Positions 1 through 10,807 of a stretch of DNA of 54,311 nucleotides are shown piece after piece. Position 1 is the first letter of the stretch. Every line of letters starts with the position of its first letter. Origin of the DNA: Clostridia bacterium (GTDB lineage: Bacteria; Bacillota; Clostridia; Oscillospirales; JAAYXM01); contig JAFYQP010000005.1 of assembly GCA_017559855.1 (NCBI GenBank), positions 1-54,311 of the forward strand. Direction: 5' to 3'. The translations under genes were made by a program, and so were the position numbers. Under the pieces are notes generated by a model. That model was given only the letters and a program-made list of their open reading frames with translations, did no database searches and was not told the DNA's origin.

Positions 1-21
1 AAACCTCTCGCTTTTTAATAT

Positions 22-450
22 TTAGTGATGGCCACAGCAATGCTCACAATCGCCGCCGCATCCTACGATGGGGCCCGGATCGATGCCCTGTTTCTTATAA
101 TAATCCGCAATTGCCGCCTTCATTGCCTCTTCTGCAAGGACTGAGCAATGCACCTTTGCGGGGGGAAGCCCATCGAGTGCTTCCATTACGTCCTTATTTG
201 TGACTTTAAGTGCTTCCTCGATAGTCTTGCCTTTAATCATTTCGGTTGCCATACTTGAAGTCGCAACCGCAGCACCGCAACCGAAGGTTTTAAATGAAAT
301 ATCCACGATTACGTCGTTTTCAATCTTTAAGTAAATCTTCATAATATCGCCGCATTTGGGGTTACCCACAGTTCCTACTGCAGAGGGGTTTTCCATTTCA
401 CCCACGTTGCGGGGATTTGTGAAGTGATCCATAACTTTTTCGCTATACAT
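22..450 (-). CDS. iscU: Fe-S cluster assembly scaffold IscU/NifU-N
   Basis: MYSEKVMDHFTNPRNVG start, GNPKCGD, FKTFGCGAA and LPPAKVHCS motifs (three conserved Cys); directly downstream of a cysteine desulfurase; extra Cys/His-rich C-terminal tail. Confidence 0.95.
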   Translation of the reverse strand: MYSEKVMDHFTNPRNVGEMENPSAVGTVGNPKCGDIMKIYLKIENDVIVDISFKTFGCGAAVATSSMATEMIKGKTIEEALKVTNKDVMEALDGLPPAKVHCSVLAEEAMKAAIADYYKKQGIDPGPIVGCGGDCEHCCGHH

Positions 451-465
451 TTATCTTTCTCCTTT

Positions 466-1638
466 TTACCAGATAGGCTTTCCGTTTTCCCAAACGGGTG
501 ACATTGCACGGAGCCTTTCAACCACTTTGTAAAGTGATTCTATAATTGCGTCAATTTCCTCCTCGGTATTGTCCTCGGCAACCGATAAACGGAGAGAGCC
601 GTGAGCAATATGATGAGGAAGTCCGATTGAAAGCAGAACGTGCGACGGATCGAGTGAGCCGGAAGAGCAGGCAGAGCCTGAACTTGCACAAATTCCCTCG
701 TTATACATATTGAGAAGGAGGCTCTCGCCCTCAATACCCTCAACGCAAATACTTGCGATACCGGGGTGACGGCATGTGGGATGACCTGTAAGGATTGTAT
801 AAGGCATCTTAAGCGCCGCCTCTATGATTCTGTCACGCATTTTGGTAACTTTTGCGATGTTTTCGTCCATCTCGGCCTTTGCGATTCTTGCCGCCTCACC
901 GAGACCTACAATGTACGGCACGTTTTCGGTACCGGATCTTTTTCTCCTCTCATGGCCGCCGCCGTGAATGAGACTGTCGATAACCACGCCACGTCTCATA
1001 TACATAACGCCGATTCCCTTGGGAGCACCTAATTTATGACCGGAAAGTGCAAGCATATCGATATTCATTTTCTTAACGTCAATGGGAATATGACCTGCAG
1101 CTTGTACTGCGTCGGTATGGAATAAAATTCCACACTCTCTTGCAATTGCACCGATTTCCTCAATAGGTTGAATTGTTCCGATTTCGTTATTTGCAAACAT
1201 AACGGAAATTAAAATCGTATCGGGGCGGATTGCCGCCTTTAATTCATCAAGAGAAATCATGCCAAACTCGTCAACGCCGAGGTAAGTTACCTCATAACCC
1301 TTTTTCTCCAAATATTGGCAGGTATGAAGTACCGCATGATGCTCGATTTTTGTTGTGATGATGTGCTTTCCTTTATCTGCTTTTGCAAAAGCAGCACCTT
1401 TGATTGCCCAGTTATCACTCTCCGTACCGCAACCGGTAAAATAAATCTCATTCACATCAGCACCGAGTAAGTCCGCAACCTGTGCACGGGCGGTTTCGAT
1501 TGCCTTTTTTGAATTATAGGCAAAGGAATAAAGGCTTGAAGGATTGCCGTATTGCTCACTGAAATAAGGAAGCATAGCCTCTAAAACCTGCGGTTTTACC
1601 TGAGTTGTCGCCGCATGGTCTGCGTAAATCATTTTCAT
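466..1638 (-). CDS. iscS: Cysteine desulfurase IscS/NifS (PLP-dependent)
   Basis: [23 protein letters not shown] (PLP lysine), SSGSACSS catalytic Cys loop. Confidence 0.95.
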   Translation of the reverse strand: MKMIYADHAATTQVKPQVLEAMLPYFSEQYGNPSSLYSFAYNSKKAIETARAQVADLLGADVNEIYFTGCGTESDNWAIKGAAFAKADKGKHIITTKIEHHAVLHTCQYLEKKGYEVTYLGVDEFGMISLDELKAAIRPDTILISVMFANNEIGTIQPIEEIGAIARECGILFHTDAVQAAGHIPIDVKKMNIDMLALSGHKLGAPKGIGVMYMRRGVVIDSLIHGGGHERRKRSGTENVPYIVGLGEAARIAKAEMDENIAKVTKMRDRIIEAALKMPYTILTGHPTCRHPGIASICVEGIEGESLLLNMYNEGICASSGSACSSGSLDPSHVLLSIGLPHHIAHGSLRLSVAEDNTEEEIDAIIESLYKVVERLRAMSPVWENGKPIW

Positions 1639-1705
1639 TTATATTAACTCCTTGAGGAAAAATTTCCTATACTAATATACTACCTTTTATACTCTATTAC
1701 AAGTG

Positions 1706-2155
1706 TTATTCCGAATATTTTTTACTTTCACTCACCGCTAAAGCGTCACAACGGTTGTTATAAGGATTACTTGCGTGACCTTTTACCCAAATAAATTCCA
1801 CCTGATGAACTTCAAGCAAATCTAAAAGTTCCTGCCACAGTTCGGGATTCAGTGCCGGTTCACGTTTGTTACGCATCCACCCGTTTGCACGCCATTTTTT
1901 CGCCCAACCGTTGTTAATTCCGTCGATTATATATCGGCTATCGCTGTATAACGTAACTTTACACGGCTCTTTAAGCATTTTCAGGGCGGAAATTACGCCG
2001 GTAAGTTCCATTCGGTTATTTGTAGTGTCCGCCTCACCGCCGGATATTTCACGCTCGGTTTCCTTGTAACGCAAAATTGCACCCCAACCGCCGGGGCCGG
2101 GATTTCCGGAGCATGCCCCGTCTGTATATATTATAACTTCTTTTAAAGTTCCCAT
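1706..2155 (-). CDS. rnhA: Ribonuclease HI
   Basis: IYTDGACSGNPGPGGWG, TTNNRMEL, SDSRY, WVKGH, NNRCDALA motifs. Confidence 0.95.
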   Translation of the reverse strand: MGTLKEVIIYTDGACSGNPGPGGWGAILRYKETEREISGGEADTTNNRMELTGVISALKMLKEPCKVTLYSDSRYIIDGINNGWAKKWRANGWMRNKREPALNPELWQELLDLLEVHQVEFIWVKGHASNPYNNRCDALAVSESKKYSE

Positions 2156-2180
2156 ACAAATTACCTATATTTTCTTAAAT

Positions 2181-2196
2181 TGTTCCACATGGAACA
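2181..2196. promoter_or_regulatory. parS centromere-like site (1 mismatch)
   Basis: TGTTCCACATGGAACA versus consensus TGTTNCACGTGAAACA/TGTTCCACGTGGAACA; intergenic, about 7 kb from oriC. Confidence 0.75.
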
Positions 2197-2202
2197 TTTT
2201 AT

Positions 2203-2232
2203 TAACCGCCGAGGGAAAGTCCTCGGCGGTTA
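2203..2232. terminator. GC-rich hairpin after gyrA (weak U-tract in the gyrA direction)
   Basis: TAACCGCCGAGG-gaaagt-CCTCGGCGGTTA, 12-bp perfect stem just past the gyrA stop; T-rich tail lies on the + side. Confidence 0.6.
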
Positions 2233-2238
2233 TTTGTT

Positions 2239-4752
2239 TTATTCCTGAACAGGGGTTTCTTCTTCGCCGTCTCCTTCTTCATCCTCTTCTTTTTCGGTTG
2301 AAGCAACGGAGATAACGTGCACGTCGTCAGCAACACGCATAAGAATTACGCCCTGCGTTACACGGCTATATACGCTGATGCCCTCTGCCGGCATACGGAT
2401 AATGATACCGTCGTCGGAAATAAGCATAACGTCGTCGTTATCATCAACCATCTGAACGCCTGCAACCTTACCGGTCTTTTCGGTAATGTTGTAGTTTAAG
2501 ATACCTTTACCGTATCTGCTTTGTAGGCGATACTCCTCGATTTCGGTCTTTTTACCGTAACCGTTTTCGGTAACCGTGAGTAAGGTCTTACCCTCTTCAA
2601 CAACTGCGGCACCTACAACGTAGTCATCGGCACGAAGGTCAATACCGTAAACACCTGCACTGTCACGACCGGTAGGACGAATATCCTGCTCACTGAAGCG
2701 GATAGCCATACCGTTGCGTGTTGCAAGCATAAGTTGCTTTTCATTGTCGGTAAGCATAACGGAAATAAGTTCATCGCCCTCGCCGATGGTAACCGCACGG
2801 ATACCTGCCTTACGGGCAGACTGAACACGAGTAAGTTCAATTCTCTTAACAATACCGAGTTTTGTAGCCATGATAAGGTACTTACCCTCTTCAAAATCGT
2901 GAATCGGGATCATTGCGGTAACTTTTTCATCGCCCTCAATGGGTATTAAGTTAACAATGTTCATACCCTTTGCGGTACGACTGCTTTCGGGGATTTGGTA
3001 ACCTTTTATGCGATAAAGTCTGCCTTTATTGGTAAAGAACAGAATATGGTCATGAGATGATGCGATGAAAAGGGTTTCAACAAAGTCCTCTTCACGAGTC
3101 TTAAGTCCTGCTATACCTTTGCCGCCACGGCGTTGTGCACGGTAGGTATTAGACGGCAGACGCTTGATATATCCGTAATGAGTAAGTGTGTATACACATT
3201 CCTCAACGGGGATAAGGTCTTCATCCTCAATATCAATCTGACCGTCGAAAGGAACAATCTCTGTAAGACGCTCATCACCGTATTTGTCACGGATATTGAG
3301 AAGTTCTTCCTTGATAAGTTCCATAAGAAGGCCCTTATCGGAAAGGAGTGCACGGAACTCTTCACATTTCGCAAGAAGCTCGTTGTATTCAATGTCAATC
3401 TTCTCACCATTTAAGCGTTGGAGTTGAGCAAGACGCATATCAAGTACGCTCTGTGCCTGAATTTCAGACATGTCAAAACGCTCCATCAAGCGTTCCTTCG
3501 CATCATCGTAAGAATTTCTGATTATATGGATAACCTCGTCGATATTTGCAAGGGCAATGCGTAAGCCTTCCAAAATGTGCATTCTTGCCTCTGCCTTTTT
3601 AAGGTCATACTTAATACGGCGGGTTACAATTTCCTCCTGGAAGGAAATGAAGTTTGCAAGAATTTCCTTAAGGCATAAGGTTTTCGGCTGACCGTCACAA
3701 ATTGCGAGCATATTGATAGAGAAACTATCCTGTAATCTTGTATATTTGAATAACTGATTAAGTACAACGTTGGGGTTTGCGTCACGTTTTAAGATAATTT
3801 CAAGGCGGTTACCGATACGGTCGGAAGAATGGTCTTCGATATCGGAAAGCCCCTCGATTCTCTTTTCCTTAACAAGATCTGCAATAGACTCAACAAGAAG
3901 TTTTTTGTTTACCTGATAGGGAAGGTCGGTAACGATAATTGATGCTGTGCCGTCTCTGTGCTCTTCAATTTCGGTCTTCGCACGGATGATAATCCTGCCC
4001 TTACCTGTTGCGTAAGCGGAACGGATACCGGATTTTCCTATAATTGTTGCCTTTGTCGGGAAGTCCGGACCCTGGATGTACTCCATAAGTTCCTCAACTG
4101 TGATGTCAGGGTTGTCAATCTGTGCAACAACACCGTCTAAAACCTCGGTCAAATTATGGGGCGGTATATTTGTTGCCATACCAACCGCAATACCTGAACT
4201 ACCGTTAATAAGGAGTGTGGGAACACGAGTAGGAAGAACAACCGGTTCCTGCCTTTTTTCGTCGAAGTTAGGTAAGAAATCAACGGTATCCTTATCAATA
4301 TTCTCTAAGAGAAGATTTGAAAGTTTGCTCATTCTCGCCTCGGTATAACGATATGCAGCAGGCGGATCTCCGTCAATTGAGCCGAAGTTACCGTGACCGT
4401 CAACAAGAGGATAACGCATTGAGAAATCCTGTGCAAGACGAACCATTGCATCATAAACCGATGCGTCACCGTGGGGGTGATATCTACCGATAACATTACC
4501 GACGGTAGTAGCAGATTTAAAGAAAGGTTTGTCGACGGTGAGATGCTCTTCATACATTGAGTAGAGAATTCGTCTGTGAACCGGTTTTAAACCGTCACGA
4601 ACATCAGGAAGTGCACGGGCGACGATAACGCTCATTGCGTAGTCAATAAATGCCTCCCTCATTCTCTTTTCAATATCTACATCTACTATAGTTTGTGTAT
4701 CGAAGTATTCCTCGAAATGAGATTCTTCGTATTTTTTATTTTTCTTAGCCAT
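2239..4752 (-). CDS. gyrA: DNA gyrase subunit A
   Basis: [30 protein letters not shown] (catalytic Tyr), GyrA-box QRRGGKG, acidic C-terminal tail. Confidence 0.97.
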   Translation of the reverse strand: MAKKNKKYEESHFEEYFDTQTIVDVDIEKRMREAFIDYAMSVIVARALPDVRDGLKPVHRRILYSMYEEHLTVDKPFFKSATTVGNVIGRYHPHGDASVYDAMVRLAQDFSMRYPLVDGHGNFGSIDGDPPAAYRYTEARMSKLSNLLLENIDKDTVDFLPNFDEKRQEPVVLPTRVPTLLINGSSGIAVGMATNIPPHNLTEVLDGVVAQIDNPDITVEELMEYIQGPDFPTKATIIGKSGIRSAYATGKGRIIIRAKTEIEEHRDGTASIIVTDLPYQVNKKLLVESIADLVKEKRIEGLSDIEDHSSDRIGNRLEIILKRDANPNVVLNQLFKYTRLQDSFSINMLAICDGQPKTLCLKEILANFISFQEEIVTRRIKYDLKKAEARMHILEGLRIALANIDEVIHIIRNSYDDAKERLMERFDMSEIQAQSVLDMRLAQLQRLNGEKIDIEYNELLAKCEEFRALLSDKGLLMELIKEELLNIRDKYGDERLTEIVPFDGQIDIEDEDLIPVEECVYTLTHYGYIKRLPSNTYRAQRRGGKGIAGLKTREEDFVETLFIASSHDHILFFTNKGRLYRIKGYQIPESSRTAKGMNIVNLIPIEGDEKVTAMIPIHDFEEGKYLIMATKLGIVKRIELTRVQSARKAGIRAVTIGEGDELISVMLTDNEKQLMLATRNGMAIRFSEQDIRPTGRDSAGVYGIDLRADDYVVGAAVVEEGKTLLTVTENGYGKKTEIEEYRLQSRYGKGILNYNITEKTGKVAGVQMVDDNDDVMLISDDGIIIRMPAEGISVYSRVTQGVILMRVADDVHVISVASTEKEEDEEGDGEEETPVQE

Positions 4753-4780
4753 AGATAAACTATCCTTTCAAAGACGCAGA

Positions 4781-6724
4781 CTAAACGTCAAGATTTGTTA
4801 CGTACTGAGCGTTTTCTTCAATGAAAAGTCGTCTCGGTTCAACCTCATCACCCATAAGGATACTGAAAATCTGGTCTGCCCTTTCGGCATCCTCTAAGGT
4901 AACACGGAGTAAGACACGGTTTTTCGGATCCATTGTGGTTTCCCAAAGTTCCTGCGGGTCCATTTCACCAAGACCTTTGTAACGGCTGATATCAACCTTG
5001 GCGTTTTTATCTCCTTCTTTTAATTCCTCGCTTATACGGTCACGCTCTTCATCGCTGAATGCAACCTGACTCTTCTTTCCGCGGGTTAATTTATAAAGCG
5101 GCGGCTTTGCAAGGTAAATGTGACCTGTTTCTACAAGAGGCTTCATAAATCTGAAGAAAAAGGTCAAAAGAAGTGTCTGAATATGTGCACCGTCAACGTC
5201 CGCATCGGCCATAATAATAACCTTGTCGTATCGGAGTTTTTCAATACTGAATTCATCACCGATACCGGTACCCAATGCCTGAATAACAGGTTTTAACTTA
5301 TCATTGTCATAAACTTTGTCGGTACGTGCCTTTTCAACGTTTAGCATCTTACCCCAAAGCGGAAGAATGGCCTGATATTTACTGTCACGACCGCTCTTTG
5401 CAGAGCCACCCGCAGAGTCACCCTCTACGATGTAAACTTCGGTCTTAGTCGGATCTTTTACAATACAGTCGGTAAGTTTACCCGGCAGAGAACTTGAGCC
5501 GAGGGCTGTTTTTCTTGTAGCCTCTTTAGCCTTACGACTTGCAAGTCTTACACGATAGGCAAGGAGTGCTTTTTCTAAAATTGCACGGCCGATTTTCGGG
5601 TTCTCTTCAAGGAAATCTGCAAGTTTTTCTTTAAGAAGGTTTTCAACAAGACCACGTATCTCAGAGTTTCCGAGTTTTGTTTTGGTCTGGCCTTCAAACT
5701 GCGGTTCTTCAAGTTTAACCGAAATTACAGCAATAAGACCTTCTCTTACGTCTTCACCTGTAAGTTCTTCATCGTCTTTTGTTATTTTATATTTCTTACC
5801 ATAATCAACTAAAACCTTGGTAAGTGCTGCTCTGAAGCCGGTTTCGTGGGTACCGCCTTCTGTGGTAGCGATGTTATTTGCAAATTTTTCAACAACCTGG
5901 TCAAAACCGGAGGTCCAGCAAAGTGCAACCTCTGCCATTGAGCCGTCTTTTTCGCCGCTTACGTAAATTACATCCTCATGAAGTGCGACGATAGGCTCTT
6001 TTTTACTCTCGTTTATCTTATCTAACTTATAAGTTACGAAGTTTTTAATACCGCCTTCGTAATGTAAAACTTCAACAAGCGGCTCTGTTTTACGGGTATC
6101 GGTAAATAAAATCTTGATACCGCCGTTTAAGAATGCCTGCTCACGGAGACGATTAATGAGAATATCCTCATCAAATACGGTTTCTTCAAAGATTTCGCCA
6201 TCCGGCCAGAAGGTGATTTCAGTACCTGTTCTGTCTGTTTTGCCTATAACTTCTACCTGCTTTGAAGGAACACCTCTGTTATATAACTGATGCCAGATGT
6301 TTTCGCCATCGTGGACAAAAACTTCAAGTTTTGTGGAAAGTGCGTTAACAACCGATGCACCAACACCGTGAAGACCGCCGGATACCTTATATCCGCCACC
6401 GCCGAATTTGCCGCCTGCATGAAGAACGGTAAATACAACGTCAATGGTGGAAATTCCCATTTTGGGATGGATACCGTGGGGAATACCACGTCCGTTATCC
6501 TTTACGGTTACAGAATTATCAGGATTTAAAATAACGTCAATCTGAGTACAAAATCCTGCAAGTGCCTCGTCGATGGCATTATCCACGATTTCATATACCA
6601 GATGATGGAGACCACGTGCAGAAGTTGAACCGATATACATACCCGGTCTTTTTCTTACCGCTTCTAATCCTTCCAATACTTGTATTTGATTTTCGTCATA
6701 TGTGTTTTGGATTTTATCAGACAT
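4781..6724 (-). CDS. gyrB: DNA gyrase subunit B
   Basis: [51 protein letters not shown]; start moved to MSDKIQ (6724) on RBS spacing. Confidence 0.96.
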   Translation of the reverse strand: MSDKIQNTYDENQIQVLEGLEAVRKRPGMYIGSTSARGLHHLVYEIVDNAIDEALAGFCTQIDVILNPDNSVTVKDNGRGIPHGIHPKMGISTIDVVFTVLHAGGKFGGGGYKVSGGLHGVGASVVNALSTKLEVFVHDGENIWHQLYNRGVPSKQVEVIGKTDRTGTEITFWPDGEIFEETVFDEDILINRLREQAFLNGGIKILFTDTRKTEPLVEVLHYEGGIKNFVTYKLDKINESKKEPIVALHEDVIYVSGEKDGSMAEVALCWTSGFDQVVEKFANNIATTEGGTHETGFRAALTKVLVDYGKKYKITKDDEELTGEDVREGLIAVISVKLEEPQFEGQTKTKLGNSEIRGLVENLLKEKLADFLEENPKIGRAILEKALLAYRVRLASRKAKEATRKTALGSSSLPGKLTDCIVKDPTKTEVYIVEGDSAGGSAKSGRDSKYQAILPLWGKMLNVEKARTDKVYDNDKLKPVIQALGTGIGDEFSIEKLRYDKVIIMADADVDGAHIQTLLLTFFFRFMKPLVETGHIYLAKPPLYKLTRGKKSQVAFSDEERDRISEELKEGDKNAKVDISRYKGLGEMDPQELWETTMDPKNRVLLRVTLEDAERADQIFSILMGDEVEPRRLFIEENAQYVTNLDV

Positions 6725-6744
6725 AATTTTCATTCCCCCGTCTG

Positions 6745-7008
6745 TTATTCATAATTTGCTGAATTTTTTGATCTGCGTGTTATTGTTTGTGATGAAATCT
6801 GCGTGATGTAGGTTGTATTTTTTCCTTTTTCGCTGCAAACGACAAAGGAACGTGGCAGTTCTTCACTTACGTTTATTACGTTTTTTTTCTTTTCTTCCGA
6901 AGCTAAGAAATTTCGTGTTATTTTCGACTGCGATGTAATTTCAAGGTCAAAAATACCTATTATGTTCTTGTCGCGGATAACTGTTTCTTCTCCAAGATGA
7001 AGGTACAT
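6745..7008 (-). CDS. remB: RemB/YaaB (DUF370) family protein
   Basis: MYLHLGE..IIGIFDL..RSFVV..YITQISS pattern; canonical position between recF and gyrB. Confidence 0.85.
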   Translation of the reverse strand: MYLHLGEETVIRDKNIIGIFDLEITSQSKITRNFLASEEKKKNVINVSEELPRSFVVCSEKGKNTTYITQISSQTITRRSKNSANYE

Positions 7009-7010
7009 TG

Positions 7011-8105
7011 CTAAAATTCCCTGCTTTCTTTCAGACCGCCTTTTGAAATCTCAAAAAGTTTTCCGCACTCTAAATTCGGCGAAATCAAGTTTTCACAACT
7101 TGTAATAAATACCTGTCCGCAGTCTATTTTATTAAGTACAAAATTCTGTCGCGTTGTATCGAGTTCAGACAAAACGTCATCAAGTAAAAGGATGGGATAC
7201 TCTCCGGTAAGTTTATAAAAAACTTCTCTTTCTGCAAGTTTTGTTGAAAGTATTGCGGTTCTTATCTGTCCCTGAGATGCAAAATCCTTTGCACTGACTG
7301 AGTTTATCATAAAAACAAGATCATCTCTATGCGGCCCGATCAGTGACATTTCGCTTTCTTTTTCTGCCGCTCTTCTTTCATTCATATGACGAAGTAGTGC
7401 CTCTTCGATATCATTTTCAGGTGTTATGTATCGGTCTGTTTTGTATACAATCTGTAATTTTTCTCTACCACTTGACATTTCGTAGTGGTTTTTTTCCGCT
7501 TCAACTTGTAATTCATGAACAAAATCACGGCGATAACGGATTATTTCCGCACCGTGTTTTGCGAGTTTTTCGTTATACACGTCCAGCAGAATATCGTCTA
7601 CTTTTTCATTTTTTAAAAGTTTGTTCTTTTGCTCTAAAACTTTATTGTAAATGGAAAGAGCACTTAAATATTTAGGTTTAAGTTGCGATATTGCGATGTT
7701 TAAAAACCTTCTTCGAATAAAAGGACCTTCTTTAATCATTGACAAATCGTCAGGAATAAATAACACACATTGAAGATTTCCTATGTATTCGGTAACTTTT
7801 TCTTGCCTTACTCCATTTACAAATATTCTTCGCGGTGCCCCTGAAACATCAATTTTTACGTTAAAATTCCGTTCTGCAGTTTCAACCTCGGCAAAGAGAG
7901 AAGCGTCAGTCTCATCAAATAAAATAAGATCTTTTTCTTTCTTTGCATGAATTGTTTTAACGCAGGAAAGATAAAAAATTGCTTCCAGAAGATTTGTCTT
8001 ACCCTGAGCGTTTTCTCCGCTTATCACATTTATTCTGTCAGAGAATATAAATTCCGAATCTTTATAATTTTTGAAATTTTTAAGCGATAAAGACTTTATT
8101 TTCAT
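7011..8105 (-). CDS. recF: DNA replication/repair protein RecF
   Basis: GENAQGKTNLLEAI Walker A, GPHRDDL, ASQGQ, LLLDDVLSELD. Confidence 0.96.
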   Translation of the reverse strand: MKIKSLSLKNFKNYKDSEFIFSDRINVISGENAQGKTNLLEAIFYLSCVKTIHAKKEKDLILFDETDASLFAEVETAERNFNVKIDVSGAPRRIFVNGVRQEKVTEYIGNLQCVLFIPDDLSMIKEGPFIRRRFLNIAISQLKPKYLSALSIYNKVLEQKNKLLKNEKVDDILLDVYNEKLAKHGAEIIRYRRDFVHELQVEAEKNHYEMSSGREKLQIVYKTDRYITPENDIEEALLRHMNERRAAEKESEMSLIGPHRDDLVFMINSVSAKDFASQGQIRTAILSTKLAEREVFYKLTGEYPILLLDDVLSELDTTRQNFVLNKIDCGQVFITSCENLISPNLECGKLFEISKGGLKESREF

Positions 8106-8108
8106 TTT

Positions 8109-9224
8109 TTATTCCATATCGGATTTAAGACGTACGGGTAAAATCAAATAAATATAAGAGTTGCCCTCAAGCGGTTTTAAAACTATAGGTGCTAAATGTG
8201 TGGTAAGTTCAATTAAAACTTCACTATCCGGACATGCTTTAAGTGCGTCGAGGAAATAGCGGTTATTAAAGCCGATTTCTAAAGGTTCTGCAGCACTTTT
8301 TAAAATACATTCATCCTGAGACTTACCGAGAGGAGTTGTACAAGAAAGTTTCATACTTCTTTCGGTAAAGGTACAGCGAATGGGATTTTTAATACGCTCA
8401 TTTATAATGATTGATACACGTTCAAGGGATGAAATAAGGTCACGTACGTTAACACAGGTGGTAAATGCACAATCTTTGGGAATTGCGTTCTTATAATTTA
8501 AGAATTCACCCTCTAAAACACGGGAAATAAGAGTGGTTTCACCGACGGTGAAGGTAATGTGTTTCTTACCTAACATAATTTTAATTTCATCTTCAATATC
8601 GTCCATAATCTTTTCAATTTCCTTAAGAGTATGGCCGGGTACAATGAAAGAAAAATCATTCGGTGTGTTTACCGCGTCTAATTTTTCGGTTCTAATTGCA
8701 AGACGGAAACCGTCAACAGAAACGACGTTTAATATTCCATTTTCAATTTCAAATAGAGAGCCGGTATGTACGGGTTTGTTGTCATTTGTGCTGATTGCAA
8801 AGATTGTTTGTGCAATCATGGATTTAAGTTTGTTTTGAGGAAGGACTAAAATATGGTCATCCTCAATTTCGGGAAGACTGGGAAATTCATCTGCAGGAAG
8901 TCCCATAATCTCATATTTTGCGTTTCCGCACATAATTAAAACGGTAAGTGTTTCGGAAACAGAGATTGTAACGATATCGTCAGGGAAATAGCGGATAATA
9001 TCGCTTAAGATTTTTGCATTTATAACAACTTTACCCGGAGTAATAACGTCAGAGGGAATGCAGGTGGAAATACCGGTTTCGAGATTATAACCGGTAAGTT
9101 TAACGGTAATTCCTGCCTCTATGAGAAGACCTTCCAAAGTGGGAATTGCACTTTTAGCAGATACTGCCCATGCGGTAGTTGCTATTGCTTCTTGTAAAAT
9201 TGCTTTTTCACAGGTGAACTTCAT
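8109..9224 (-). CDS. dnaN: DNA polymerase III beta sliding clamp
   Basis: True start MKFTCEK at 9224 (RBS GAAGGA); VSVDGFRLA, GFNNRYFLDAL, YLILPVR; the ORF-track N-terminal extension runs through oriC and is spurious. Confidence 0.95.
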   Translation of the reverse strand: MKFTCEKAILQEAIATTAWAVSAKSAIPTLEGLLIEAGITVKLTGYNLETGISTCIPSDVITPGKVVINAKILSDIIRYFPDDIVTISVSETLTVLIMCGNAKYEIMGLPADEFPSLPEIEDDHILVLPQNKLKSMIAQTIFAISTNDNKPVHTGSLFEIENGILNVVSVDGFRLAIRTEKLDAVNTPNDFSFIVPGHTLKEIEKIMDDIEDEIKIMLGKKHITFTVGETTLISRVLEGEFLNYKNAIPKDCAFTTCVNVRDLISSLERVSIIINERIKNPIRCTFTERSMKLSCTTPLGKSQDECILKSAAEPLEIGFNNRYFLDALKACPDSEVLIELTTHLAPIVLKPLEGNSYIYLILPVRLKSDME

Positions 9225-9454
9225 AATTTTTCCTTCTTTCAGTAATAAAAATAAAAAAGCATAAATATAATAATAGTTTAGTAATAGTAGTAGTGCTGTT
9301 GAAAATGTGGAAAACACACTTGAGGTTTTGGAATTAAAGGAAAATTCCGTCATCAGGTTTGTGTTAAATTTTTGTGGAAAAATGATGAATAAAAAACAAG
9401 TAAAAATTTTCCACACTTTTTACCATGTTAATTCCACATATTTTTGTGGGAAAA
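9225..9454. other. Chromosomal replication origin oriC (dnaA-dnaN intergenic)
   Basis: Cluster of DnaA-box-like 9-mers: TTTTCCACA at 9306-9314(-), 9373-9381(-), 9407-9415(+); variants at 9297-9305, 9360-9368, 9430-9438, 9445-9453; AT-rich segment 9241-9280. Confidence 0.9.
9273..9314 (-). promoter_or_regulatory. Basal unwinding element: tandem DnaA boxes followed by DnaA-trios
   Basis: Minus strand reads TTTTCCACA TTTTCAACA GCA CTACTACTATTACTAAACTAT then AT-rich DNA, the same architecture as the B. subtilis box-box-trio unwinding region. Confidence 0.85.
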
Positions 9455-10756
9455 TCAGGAGCCGATAATATTACTTTTTATATCCTTAAGTTGGTTTTTG
9501 AATTCTTCATTCTTGGCACATTCGTTTTTAACTTTGTTATATGAATGCATTGCGGAAGAATGATCACAGTTAAAAAACTTTCCTATTGACGGATAAGATG
9601 AATTTTTGATTATTTTTTTAATTAAGTAAATTGAAACGTGACGAGCATTTACGATTTCTTTAACACGGCTCTTGCTCATAATTTGTTCAACTTCTATTTG
9701 ATAGAATTTAGAAACCTCTGCGACAACCATTTCCATAGTCGGATTAAGGCCCGGATTTTCTTGGAATACACTTTCTATTGCATTATTTACCGTTTCTTCG
9801 TTAATAGGTGCGTTAACAAGATCTCTTTGAGCGAGAATCTTTTTAGCAACACCCTCAAGTTGTCTTACGTTTGAAGTGATTTTATTTGCAATTAAGGATC
9901 TTAAATCTTCCGAAAGGTCAAGTCCTAAGCGAGTTGCTTTTAAACTTATAATCGCCATCCTTGTCTCATAATCCGGTGGATTAATATCAATGATAAGTCC
10001 TGCTTCAAACCTGCTTCTCAAACGCTCTTCAAGAGTTGCAATTTCTTTCGGAGGACGGTCAGAGGTAAGGACAATTTGTTTTCCTGCGTCGTAGAGAGCA
10101 TTGAAGGTATAGAAAAACTCTTCCTGTGTTCTCTCTTTACCTGCGATAAATTGAATATCATCAACAAGTAAAACATCTGCATTTCTGTATTTGTTTTGGA
10201 ATGACTTGATTTCACCGTCTCTTACACATTCGATAAATTCATTTATAAAAATTTCTGAATTTATACAAACAACATTGGTATCGGGGTTCGTGGCCTTTAT
10301 TGTACTCGCAATAGCATTTATAAGGTGAGTTTTACCAAGTCCCGGCCCGCTGTATATTGTAAGCGGATTATAGGCATTTGCGGGATTTTCCGCAACCGCT
10401 TTTGCTGCGGCACATGCAAATTGGTTTGAGTTTCCTATAACGAAATCCTCAAAAGAAAAATCACTATCAGTAACTACTTTTTTTACAGGCTCGGAACTTA
10501 TCTCATTTTCCGCATAAACGTCAAAATCAATATCCATTGAAAAAAGGAGTTTCAAAGCCTCTAAAATTTTGTCTTTATACATGCTTAAAATGCGTTCTTT
10601 TATGTATTTAACAGGTGTTACGATTACAAGTTTATTATTGTCGAAAGAAATGGCGGAAGTGTCCTTAAACCAAGTGTTTATAGTTATTTCATTAACGTTT
10701 AAGTTATCAGTCATGATCTTTAGGACCATAGCCCAAATGTCAGCTGCTGAATTCAT
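9455..10756 (-). CDS. dnaA: Chromosomal replication initiator DnaA
   Basis: FVIGNSN, YNPL..GLGKTHL, LLVDDIQF, TQEEFFYTFN, SDRPP, RLRSRF, SNVRQLEG; domain IV signature divergent (NCDHSSA). Confidence 0.96.
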   Translation of the reverse strand: MNSAADIWAMVLKIMTDNLNVNEITINTWFKDTSAISFDNNKLVIVTPVKYIKERILSMYKDKILEALKLLFSMDIDFDVYAENEISSEPVKKVVTDSDFSFEDFVIGNSNQFACAAAKAVAENPANAYNPLTIYSGPGLGKTHLINAIASTIKATNPDTNVVCINSEIFINEFIECVRDGEIKSFQNKYRNADVLLVDDIQFIAGKERTQEEFFYTFNALYDAGKQIVLTSDRPPKEIATLEERLRSRFEAGLIIDINPPDYETRMAIISLKATRLGLDLSEDLRSLIANKITSNVRQLEGVAKKILAQRDLVNAPINEETVNNAIESVFQENPGLNPTMEMVVAEVSKFYQIEVEQIMSKSRVKEIVNARHVSIYLIKKIIKNSSYPSIGKFFNCDHSSAMHSYNKVKNECAKNEEFKNQLKDIKSNIIGS

Positions 10757-10807
10757 ATAAATATATCCCCTTTTAAACGGCTGAAAAGCCTAAAAATTTC
10801 CTTATAT

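Noticed and set aside
1655-1700. Possible IscR/CymR-type operator upstream of iscS
   Set aside because: AT-rich with only weak dyad symmetry; I cannot match it reliably to a known motif.
9225-9416. 64-aa N-terminal extension of DnaN in the ORF track
   Set aside because: It runs through oriC boxes and trios; the real start with RBS is at 9224.
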